A model generated the notes under the pieces. That model did no database searches. It had not been told where the DNA came from and saw only the letters and a program-made list of their open reading frames with translations. DNA of 64,000 bases from Cyanobacteria bacterium P01_A01_bin.123 (lineage in GTDB: Bacteria; Cyanobacteriota; Cyanobacteriia; Phormidesmidales; Phormidesmidaceae). The translations under genes and the position numbers were made by a program. Location of the stretch: assembly GCA_039815185.1 (NCBI GenBank), contig JBCBZT010000009.1, positions 96,001 to 160,000 of the forward strand. The letters run 5' to 3'. Positions 8,856 to 17,104 of this stretch are shown here, piece by piece; within the stretch, counting starts at the first letter, position 1, and every line of letters starts with the position of its first letter.

Positions 8856-9197
8856 ATGCAAACCCTGCCCCGAACCTCAACCACAGATATGGAAGTCACC
8901 AGCATCCGTTTAGAGCGCGATTTGAAGGATCGGCTCAAAGCGATCGCGGGGAATCGGGGGTACCAAGCGCTGATTCGAGATATTCTTTGGCTGTATGTGC
9001 AGCAAAAATCCGACGATCTTCAGCCTCAAATTCGTCGTCAAGATATTCGGGCTAGCCTAGATGCGATCGCCCATCAGGAAGAACGCTGTGCGCTCACTGG
9101 AATTGCGATTCAACCCCAAGACCCGATGCTGCTGGGATGGACAGTTACTGGAGAAATGGTGCCCCTCAGCATCGACAGCCTGACGCCTGATGCCTAG
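8856..9197 (+). CDS. trcR: Ribbon-helix-helix repressor, TrcR/All0854-like
   Basis: RHH pattern MEVTSIRLERDLKDRLKAIAGNRGYQALIRDILW; C-terminal CALTG..I...PMLLG; GGAGG RBS at 8840; divergent from an alr0857-family gene, as I recall for Anabaena all0854. Confidence 0.7.
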   Translation: MQTLPRTSTTDMEVTSIRLERDLKDRLKAIAGNRGYQALIRDILWLYVQQKSDDLQPQIRRQDIRASLDAIAHQEERCALTGIAIQPQDPMLLGWTVTGEMVPLSIDSLTPDA

Positions 9198-9386
9198 CCT
9201 GAGGAAATTCCTGTTGTTCCATTGCCCCTCCGTCCCGAGGATGGAGAAGTCAGGCTAGATCTGCAAGGGCTACTCAATGAACTCTACGAGCAACTGGGAT
9301 ATGGTTATTTCATCGACTATGACCAATCGCCGCCGTCACCCTGGTCGTTGACGGAGATTTAAGGTCTATTGCAAAAGAAGCATTGA
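9198..9386 (+). pseudogene. C-terminal fragment of a DUF4058 family protein
   Basis: PEEIPVVPLPLRPEDGEVRLDLQGLLNELYEQLGYGYFIDYDQSPPSPWSLTEI*GLLQKKH*; no start codon, internal stop at 9360-9362. Confidence 0.7.
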
Positions 9387-9481
9387 ATCTCAGGGTTTGC
9401 CCTGTGGGTTCGTACCCCTGATCTTTGAGGCCTCCCAGTTAGGCAATCGGCTAATTTGAGAACGTCACCAAGCTTTCAAGT

Positions 9482-12400
9482 TCAGAGGCCATTGCCGATC
9501 AGGATAAAGGATGCCCAGTAGTAGGGATGACTCAAAGCAGCGTGGTTAGCATCAGCATCTCGACCGCCGTCAACGGTAATTGCAATGCCCGCTCGCTGAG
9601 CGTCTAAGACGGTTTGATCGCCGGTAATCAGGGCCATCTGTGCTGATTGCAGGGCTGCGGTTTTAGTCATACCCTGGTTCAGTGCATCGTAAAAGGCACC
9701 CATCAATATTTGGGTGCCGCGATCGCTCACCTGCCATAACGACGCCATTACCGCCTTGGCACCACTCACCTGGAACTGATAGCCCAACCCCAGCACCTCT
9801 TCCCCATTGCCCAAGCCACCCACCCCGGTTTCACAGGCGCTCAATACCACGAGGTCAACACCGTTGAGGGTCCAGTCTTCAATATCCCGTAGGGTAGGGG
9901 TGTCACCATTGCCAAACAGAATGAAAGAATCTTCAGGTACGCCGGGGACAAAGGCGGCGTGGGTGGCGAAATGCAGCACGGTGTATTCGTCCATAATCGG
10001 TCGCAGTGCTTCCAGACTAAAGTCAGCATCAAAAAATTTGCTGGTAGTGGGCAGGATTTCGACTTCATCCCCAGCTCCCGGTAACCCCTGAAACGTATAG
10101 GTATTCCCGTTCACTTCGGGGGTGTGAACCAGGCTTTCGTCGGCATAGGCGGCAGCCAGAATGCGAGGCTCGGCAGTATCTTGAGCGGTCAAGTCAGTGA
10201 CGGCAGTGGCGGTGATGTTTTGGATGCGATAGCGCTGAATCAACCACTGCTCACCATCATGGAGGGAGGCGAGGGGAATGTAGCGCAGTTGCCCATCGGG
10301 GGAGTAAATCAAGGTGTCTATCCCGGCTTCAGCTAGATCAGCTTCGATGGGTGCAATCAGCCAGTCGTAGAGTTGCTGGGCAGGTACTTCAATATCAGGA
10401 TCTCTGCTAGTGAGGGCTTCCCGGAAGGCCAAAATAGTGTGGTTGAGCTCCTCGCGCCCAATCGGAACAGTGCGGCGTAGCGGTGGCGAATCGGGGGTCG
10501 TGATCACCAGTTCAAGGCGATCTTCAAGCACCAGGGGATAGAAGATCGCCGCGTTGAGCTGTTGTAGTTCATCCCGCAGGCGATCCAATTCGTTCAGTCG
10601 CAGACTGGCATCTTGGGCTTCAAAGCTGAGTTGGGAAATCTGTTCACGGACTTCAGGGCTGCGAGAAAAATCCCGGAAATCACCATTAATGTCGTCGAGT
10701 AGGCTGGTGAGTTCGGCGATGCGCTGGTTTTGTTCGACGCTGCGATCGCCTTGGGGAATCGCTTTTAACTCGGCGAGGTCTTGTCCGATTTCAATGGCCG
10801 ATGCTTGTAGGGCGCTGTAACGAGCCAGGATCGCTTCTTCAGGACGCAGGTATTCAACTCCGCTTTCAGTTTGGGCACTGCGCTGTACGTCTTGCAGGTA
10901 GTCGTCGAGTTCTTGAATTTTCAGCAGATCGAGGACGCGCTGGGCTTCGATAATGCGGTCTTGTTGCAGCAGCAGGTCGGCCAGGAGGCGATAGGTCTCA
11001 GCCACAGTATCGGCATAGGACTGTTGTACATCAGTGTCGAGTCCCTGGATGTCCCCCCGAATCGCTTCCCGAATTTCGACAGAGGCTTTATAGAAGATAA
11101 TGGCCAGTTCTGGCTGGTCTTGAAGCGAAAAAAGTTGTCCCAGTCCACTCATTACGGAAGCCCTTTCCTCGCGACTCCCCGTTGCTTCTAGAATGGCGGC
11201 ACTTTGCTGATAGGCATCGAGTGCCTGTGGGTACTGCCCCAGTTGCACATAGGCATACCCCAAAATACCGAGTGTCCGACCTTCTCCAGTGCGATCGCCA
11301 ATGTCACGAGTAATGATGACGGTTTGTTGTGAGTAGTCAACGGCCTGCTGATATTGACCCAGCGCAAGATTTACAAACCCTAGATTGGATAAAATCGTCC
11401 CTTCAGTGCTGCGAGCGCCAATTTCATGGGCAATGGCTAAGGCCTGTTGGTAAAAGACAATGGCTTGTTCATACTGAGTTAGGGAAGCATAACCGCTCCC
11501 CAGATTGGCTAACGCATTGAGTTCTTGTTGACGAGCACCGATATTACGGGCGATCGCTAAGGATTGCTGATGGAAGTCAATGGCACGCTCATATTGACCC
11601 AGGTTACGGTAAGTTGCCCCTAGATTTCCGATGACGATTGCTTCGGCCTGGCGATCGCCGATGTCACGGGCAGTGGCTAACGACTGCTGATAAAAGTCGA
11701 TCGCCTGTTCGTACTGAGCTAAGGCAACATAAGCGCTCCCCAGGTTGCCCAAGGCGTTGAGTTCCCCCTGGGAGTAGTTGATATCGCGAGCGGCGGCTAA
11801 CGATTGTTGATAGAAATCAATGGCGCGCTCGTATTGACTTAGGTTGCGATAAGCCTCGCCGAGATTGCCCAGTACAAAAATCTCGACCTGCTGATTTTTG
11901 ATGTCGCGGGCAATCGCCAAAGATTGTTGGTAAACGTCAATGGCTTGCTCATATTGGGCTAGAGAAACATAGGCACTGCCCAGATGGTTCAGGGCTCTAG
12001 CTTCCCCGTCGCGATCGTTAAGGCTACGATGCAACGCTAAAGCTTGGGTAGAAAAATTAGCGGATTGGCGATGCTCCCCTTGCCGCAAAGCATTCCAACC
12101 CAAATGATTGAGAGCATTTGCTTCTTGTTGATCATCTTCAAGGGTTCGAGCCAGTTCTAACGCTTGCTCAAGTCGATCGGTGGCCTGACGATATTGACTT
12201 AAGGACGTGTAGGCATCTCCCAAGGCAAGTAATATCTTGACCTCTGTCTGTTGATCGCCAATCTCTTGAGTAAGGGTTAATGCTTGTTCAATCCGATCGA
12301 TGGCTTGCTCAGGTTGGTTAAGCGCGACATGGGTACCCCCTAAAGCAATGAGTATATTGATTTGCGTCTGGCGATCGCCCAGTTCTTGATACAGGGCTAA

Positions 12401-12694
12401 AGCGGCTTCCCAGGAGACGAGTGCTTCCTGAAACTGATTTTGGGTGTATTGCTGAATCCCCTGCTGCAACAAGCGATTCGCTTCAGCTTGGATCTCCCCT
12501 GCCTGGGCCTTCTGCTGCGGTACTGCCAACCATGGCTCTAACATCAAGGGCTCTCTGGATGACAATGGCAGTAGCCAAGACTGGGATGGGGTGATGCTGC
12601 TCTCTAGTCCAGCCTGCGACACTTGCGGCCAAAGTATTCCGGCGGCGGTAGTTAATGCCAAGAGCCATCCGAATTTGGTGCTGGGGTGGAGCAT
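9482..12694 (-). CDS. Secreted TPR-repeat protein with C-terminal CHAT (caspase-fold) protease domain
   Basis: N-terminal signal peptide, many TPRs, CHAT motifs LHFATHA (His), VVLSACETG (Cys), SLWQVSD and HPYYWASFILIGN. Confidence 0.92.
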   Translation of the reverse strand: MLHPSTKFGWLLALTTAAGILWPQVSQAGLESSITPSQSWLLPLSSREPLMLEPWLAVPQQKAQAGEIQAEANRLLQQGIQQYTQNQFQEALVSWEAALALYQELGDRQTQINILIALGGTHVALNQPEQAIDRIEQALTLTQEIGDQQTEVKILLALGDAYTSLSQYRQATDRLEQALELARTLEDDQQEANALNHLGWNALRQGEHRQSANFSTQALALHRSLNDRDGEARALNHLGSAYVSLAQYEQAIDVYQQSLAIARDIKNQQVEIFVLGNLGEAYRNLSQYERAIDFYQQSLAAARDINYSQGELNALGNLGSAYVALAQYEQAIDFYQQSLATARDIGDRQAEAIVIGNLGATYRNLGQYERAIDFHQQSLAIARNIGARQQELNALANLGSGYASLTQYEQAIVFYQQALAIAHEIGARSTEGTILSNLGFVNLALGQYQQAVDYSQQTVIITRDIGDRTGEGRTLGILGYAYVQLGQYPQALDAYQQSAAILEATGSREERASVMSGLGQLFSLQDQPELAIIFYKASVEIREAIRGDIQGLDTDVQQSYADTVAETYRLLADLLLQQDRIIEAQRVLDLLKIQELDDYLQDVQRSAQTESGVEYLRPEEAILARYSALQASAIEIGQDLAELKAIPQGDRSVEQNQRIAELTSLLDDINGDFRDFSRSPEVREQISQLSFEAQDASLRLNELDRLRDELQQLNAAIFYPLVLEDRLELVITTPDSPPLRRTVPIGREELNHTILAFREALTSRDPDIEVPAQQLYDWLIAPIEADLAEAGIDTLIYSPDGQLRYIPLASLHDGEQWLIQRYRIQNITATAVTDLTAQDTAEPRILAAAYADESLVHTPEVNGNTYTFQGLPGAGDEVEILPTTSKFFDADFSLEALRPIMDEYTVLHFATHAAFVPGVPEDSFILFGNGDTPTLRDIEDWTLNGVDLVVLSACETGVGGLGNGEEVLGLGYQFQVSGAKAVMASLWQVSDRGTQILMGAFYDALNQGMTKTAALQSAQMALITGDQTVLDAQRAGIAITVDGGRDADANHAALSHPYYWASFILIGNGL

Positions 12695-12814
12695 AGGGAG
12701 TAACCGTGAGTAGACAAAAGCGATTGTTTATTCACCATAGGTTATTCATTGCTAATGCAGACCAACAGGGGCATTAAGCCAGAGACTGTCGGCAACCCTT
12801 GGCAAGTCGTTGAA

Positions 12815-14596
12815 TCATTGTTCGTCTAGCAAAGCAAGAACTTGCTCAGCTTCAGCTATACGGTTTTGCTGTTGCAGCAGGTTGGCAAGGAGGCGATAAT
12901 CGTCAGCGATAGACTCCAGGAAGGATTGTTGCAAATCGCCATTGAGCCCGTTAATACCGTTGCGCATTGACTCACTCACCTCTACAAAGGCTTGCAGAAA
13001 CGCAATCGCCTCCTGTGGCTGATCCTGAGCATTAAAAACTTTACCGATGTTACTGAGCACATTGGCTTCTGTGGCCCGATCGCCAACTTCGCGGGCGATG
13101 GCCAACGATGGTTCATAAAAAGCAAGTGCCTGTTCATATTGACCTAGGTCGGCGTAGGCACTGCCTAAACTGCCTAGGGTAGCCCCCTCCCTCGCCCGAT
13201 CGCCCATTTCTTGGCTGATGACTAGCGATTGCTGGTGGAAGTCAATGGCACGCTCATATTGACCCAATTTACGGTAGGCCTGGCCTAAGTTATTGAGCGC
13301 CACGCCTTCCCCAACACGGGTGCCAATTTCTCGGCTAATGACTAAATACTGTTGATAAAAATCAGCGGCCTGCTCATATTGTTCGAGGCTGAGATGGGCA
13401 TTGCCCAAACCATTCAAAGCACGGCCTTCTCCAGGGCGATTACCGATTTCGCGGTCAATGGCTAAGCGTTGCGCGTAGAAATCAATCGCCTGTTGATATT
13501 GTCCGAGGTTGTTATACACCTTGCCCAAACCACCTAGCGCTTGGCTCTCCCCAGCGCGATCGCTGATTTCCTGGGCAATCGTCAAAGACTGCTGATGGAA
13601 GGTAATGGCTTGTCCATATTGACCTAGATCGTTATAGGATTCGCCGAGATTGCTCAACGCGCTACTTTCCCCAGAACGGTTGCCCGTTTCGCGAGTAATG
13701 GCGAGCTCTTGCTCATGAAAATTGATTGCCTGCTGATATTGTCCGAGCTCCAGATAAACACTGCCTAAATTACCCAGGGCACGGCCTTCTCCGTCGCGAT
13801 CGCCAATTTCCTGCGCAATCGCTAGGTGCTGCTGAAGGAAGTCAATCGCCGATTGGTATTGCCCCAGCCTAAAGTAAGTGGCGCCCAAATTGCCTAAGGA
13901 GGTAGCTTCCCCATGACGATCACTGATATCTTGGGCGATCGCCCAAGATTGCTCATGGAGATCAATTGCCTGTTGATATTGCCCCAGACTGATGTAAATA
14001 ATGCCCAAATTACCCAAGACACTGCCTTCTAATTGACGATCACCAACTTCTTGGGCGATTGCTAAAGATTGCTGGAAGAACTCGATAGCTTGCTCATAGC
14101 GGCTGAGTCTTACGTATGCTCCCCCAAGATTATTTAAGGCAGAGCTTTCCCGGTCTTGATCGCCAATTTCACGCGCAATCATTAAAGACTGCTGATAAAA
14201 CTCAATAGCAGTCTCATACTGACTAAGGCTGAGATATCCGTTCCCCAGAGCATTCAGAGCACGGCTCTCTCCAGTGCGGTCTTGAATCTCCTGGTAGTTC
14301 GTTAGTGCTTGCTCCCATGAAATCAGCGCCTCACGAAACTGGCCACGACGATATTGCTGAATCCCCAACTCTAGTAGGCGATCTGCTTCAGTTTGTTGAT
14401 CCGCTGCCTGGGCTAACACTTGCGGTACTGCTGGGTGTGAAGCGACCAACGCTGATTTAGCTATCGACGATTCCGCCAGCGAAGAGTGGCCTAATGTTGT
14501 TGCCCCCTCTGACGCTGCTTGTGTTCCTTGAGGCCATAGTATTCCGGCTACGGTTAGTGCCAGAAGCCATCTGCGTTTATTGTTGATATGAGTCAT
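12815..14596 (-). CDS. Secreted TPR-repeat protein, CHAT-less paralog of 9482-12694
   Basis: Similar signal peptide (WLLALT..GILWPQ) and TPR array; ends at LLQQQNRIAEAEQVLALL, just before the CHAT region of the paralog. Confidence 0.9.
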   Translation of the reverse strand: MTHINNKRRWLLALTVAGILWPQGTQAASEGATTLGHSSLAESSIAKSALVASHPAVPQVLAQAADQQTEADRLLELGIQQYRRGQFREALISWEQALTNYQEIQDRTGESRALNALGNGYLSLSQYETAIEFYQQSLMIAREIGDQDRESSALNNLGGAYVRLSRYEQAIEFFQQSLAIAQEVGDRQLEGSVLGNLGIIYISLGQYQQAIDLHEQSWAIAQDISDRHGEATSLGNLGATYFRLGQYQSAIDFLQQHLAIAQEIGDRDGEGRALGNLGSVYLELGQYQQAINFHEQELAITRETGNRSGESSALSNLGESYNDLGQYGQAITFHQQSLTIAQEISDRAGESQALGGLGKVYNNLGQYQQAIDFYAQRLAIDREIGNRPGEGRALNGLGNAHLSLEQYEQAADFYQQYLVISREIGTRVGEGVALNNLGQAYRKLGQYERAIDFHQQSLVISQEMGDRAREGATLGSLGSAYADLGQYEQALAFYEPSLAIAREVGDRATEANVLSNIGKVFNAQDQPQEAIAFLQAFVEVSESMRNGINGLNGDLQQSFLESIADDYRLLANLLQQQNRIAEAEQVLALLDEQ

Positions 14597-14676
14597 AGGA
14601 GCAATGGAATAGAAAGTGATGGGTAGCGGAGTAGATGCTTAGCAAGGGGACTATCTATCTCGCTATTGATCTACTG

Positions 14677-14702
14677 ATTCACATTCAGGTTTAGTGATTC
14701 CT
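14677..14702 (-). promoter_or_regulatory. GGAAT-N15-TGAA motif upstream of the TPR gene
   Basis: AGGAAT-14 nt-GTGAAT; same spacing as the three LRR-gene sites. Confidence 0.45.
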
Positions 14703-14839
14703 GCCTAATGACTATTTTCAAAGTTCAAGTCCAAGATTTTTGGCTTTAAAGGTCAGGTCTGTCTCCAATTACGATTGTGTCTATCCTCAAAGTGATGAAT
14801 CCTGATAATGAGACAACGATATTCAGGGTCACATCTTAT

Positions 14840-15976
14840 CTAGGGACGATGACTTGATACCCAGTGTTGGAGGACTTGTCGCCAACCCATGGGCTGAATG
14901 CGAAAGGGGGTCGAATCTGGATGCCGAAACAGACAAGGGATCAGATGAGCAGAGGGATAGGCTAAATGCTGTTCTAGTTTGAGGTGATCGCAGGCGGTTT
15001 GCAAAGCATCCTGCACGTCCTGATGGGCAACGAGAGACTGGAGAAACTGGACCAGAACATTTTTGGCGACTTGGTTATGAATCGGCTCACGCATGATGGC
15101 AACTTGACTCAAACCCATTGCAATCAGCGCTTCAGCAACGGCTAAGCCCGAGCAAGAATTGAACAGGACAAACTGTAAACCGTTGGTCTGGGCGGTTTGC
15201 AGATAGGGTTGCAATTCTCGGATGGCAAGTGTCGTTTGGGGCGCGACATAAGTGTGTCCAGCAACGACATCTGCTTCGTTACTGTGGCCTGCGAAAAAGA
15301 GGACATCCCAACCTGTTGAATCAGCGATCGCTTCGCATATCGTTTGCTTCAAAGCACCCCTGTCCTGATTGGGTGTCCAACCGACAAAGGTGATGTCCAC
15401 TAGCGATTGTAGGGATTGTAATGCGAGGCGATCGCCTGCAAAATCAAGCCCGGTTTCATCTCCCAAAATTACCAGCACTCGCGGTTTAGGTCGCCCGGGC
15501 TTGGGGGCTTGGGGCGCAACTCGAATGGTGTTGGGTGCTCTAGCAATGCGAATGTGGGTGCTACCAAACTCGGAGCCGATTTCCCAGCTTTCCCAGGGCA
15601 GCCAGGCTATTTCAATCGGTTCACAGGTGAGGAATAAATCAATAGCGGTATTTCGTGCTGCTGTGCTGAGGGCTTTACGAATGTCCGTAAGTTCCTCCTG
15701 CCGCAACCAACGGTGAAACTTCGAGAGTAGCCAAGCTTCGGCTTGTACCAGTTGACTATGTAAATCTAGGTTAGCCGTGTTGACCTGCCCTAAAGTCCCC
15801 ATCCGCCTTGGCCCAACCTGTTGATAGAAGTTTAGGTAGGTCTGCTGCCATTGCTGGTAGTGAATTTCCAAATCTGTAGGATAGGGCATCTGGGCTTGGA
15901 GCCGTTGCCCCCGTTTCCAGATCAGTTCAAATCGGCAAATGCCCTCGATTCTTTGAATGCTGAGTCGGTAGATCAT
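14840..15976 (-). CDS. CHAT domain protein, probably a C-terminally truncated CHAT-CHASE2 protein
   Basis: LPWESW, RVLVILGDETGLDF, FFAGHS (His), LFNSCSG (Cys), MREPIHNQVA; stops shortly after the CHAT domain. Confidence 0.8.
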   Translation of the reverse strand: MIYRLSIQRIEGICRFELIWKRGQRLQAQMPYPTDLEIHYQQWQQTYLNFYQQVGPRRMGTLGQVNTANLDLHSQLVQAEAWLLSKFHRWLRQEELTDIRKALSTAARNTAIDLFLTCEPIEIAWLPWESWEIGSEFGSTHIRIARAPNTIRVAPQAPKPGRPKPRVLVILGDETGLDFAGDRLALQSLQSLVDITFVGWTPNQDRGALKQTICEAIADSTGWDVLFFAGHSNEADVVAGHTYVAPQTTLAIRELQPYLQTAQTNGLQFVLFNSCSGLAVAEALIAMGLSQVAIMREPIHNQVAKNVLVQFLQSLVAHQDVQDALQTACDHLKLEQHLAYPSAHLIPCLFRHPDSTPFRIQPMGWRQVLQHWVSSHRP

Positions 15977-16037
15977 GATGGCTCATGGGTTGGGCGCACA
16001 TGACACTATGTCTCGAGGGTTATCACTTATTCAGCAT

Positions 16038-16949
16038 TTAAGATGGCGATGATTCTGCCCGTTCAAGCTGTAAGGCTTCAATGAGTTGAGCTAATTCGTC
16101 ACTGTTAGCCCGATAGACTTCACCACAAAAATGGCAAGTTGCCTCTGCCCCATCATCTTTTTCGATCATGTCTTGGAGTTCATCTTCCCCCAGCATCTTC
16201 AACGCCCCGATCATGCGTTGATAGGTACAAGGGCAGTGAAACCGGACTAATTGAGTTTCTGGGAAAATCCGTAGCCCCATATCGCCTAAGAGATTTTCCA
16301 TAATTTGGGGCAGGGTTTTGTTTTCCCGTAGCAGGGGGGTAAAGCCGGTTAACGCTGACAGGCGTGATTCTAAAGTCGAAATCAGTGCAGGGTCTTCTGC
16401 CGCCTTGGGCAACACTTGTAGCAGTAGTCCACCCGAGGCTTCTACCCCCTCAGCACTGACGAATACACCCAAAATTAAAGCAGAGGGGGTTTGCTCTGAA
16501 GTGCCCAAATAGTGGGCCAAATCGTCACCAATTTCCCCTGAAATCAACTCAACGGTGCTGGAGTAAGGATAGCCATACCCCACATCGCGCACCACATAGA
16601 TATAACCTTTGCCCACGGCACCGCCGACGTCGAGTTTGCCTTTACTGTTGAGGGGCAGTTCGATGACTGGGTTATCGACATAGCCCCGGACTGTGCCATC
16701 TACGCCTGCATCCACTAAGACCCCCCCTAAAGGGCCATCTCCTTTGATGCGGACATTGACGCGAGCCTCAGACCGTTTCATGTTCGAGGCGAGCAACAAG
16801 CCTGCAGACATCGTGCGCCCTAAGGCAGCCGTAGCAACGTAGGAAAGCTTGTGACGCGCTCTGGCTTCTTCTGTCAAACGGGTGGTAATCACCCCCACCA
16901 CGCGAATGCCGTTATCGGCTGCCGTTGCTCGGATGAGTTGATCTGCCAT
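16038..16949 (-). CDS. hslO: Hsp33 redox-regulated chaperone
   Basis: ALGRTMSA, SEQTPS, Zn motif CPC...CHFC. Start taken at MADQL. Confidence 0.95.
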   Translation of the reverse strand: MADQLIRATAADNGIRVVGVITTRLTEEARARHKLSYVATAALGRTMSAGLLLASNMKRSEARVNVRIKGDGPLGGVLVDAGVDGTVRGYVDNPVIELPLNSKGKLDVGGAVGKGYIYVVRDVGYGYPYSSTVELISGEIGDDLAHYLGTSEQTPSALILGVFVSAEGVEASGGLLLQVLPKAAEDPALISTLESRLSALTGFTPLLRENKTLPQIMENLLGDMGLRIFPETQLVRFHCPCTYQRMIGALKMLGEDELQDMIEKDDGAEATCHFCGEVYRANSDELAQLIEALQLERAESSPS

Positions 16950-17027
16950 GAAAAGACCTAGCACACCTTAATATTTTGCAATATTGCCATTGTAGGATGC
17001 GGGGGCCCAGCTTGATGGCAGTTGGCT

Positions 17028-17086
17028 GATTAAGACGCGCCCCCCAAGATTAAGCGCGGTGATTAAGCGCAGTGATTAAGTGCAGT
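17028..17086. repeat. Short 13-bp tandem repeat, GATTAAG(C/T)GC(A/G)GT x3 plus one degenerate copy
   Basis: Copies at 17048, 17061 and 17074, and a degenerate copy at 17028. Confidence 0.7.
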
Positions 17087-17104
17087 GCGCCAATATATCT
17101 TGCG

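Noticed and set aside
12721..12760. GGAAT-N15-TGAA motif upstream of the TPR-CHAT gene
   Set aside because: GTGAAT is present, but there is no GGAAT at the required spacing. The same holds upstream of the 14840-15976 CHAT gene.
17028..17086. Mini CRISPR array
   Set aside because: Repeats are 13 bp and abut without spacers; no cas genes in the window.
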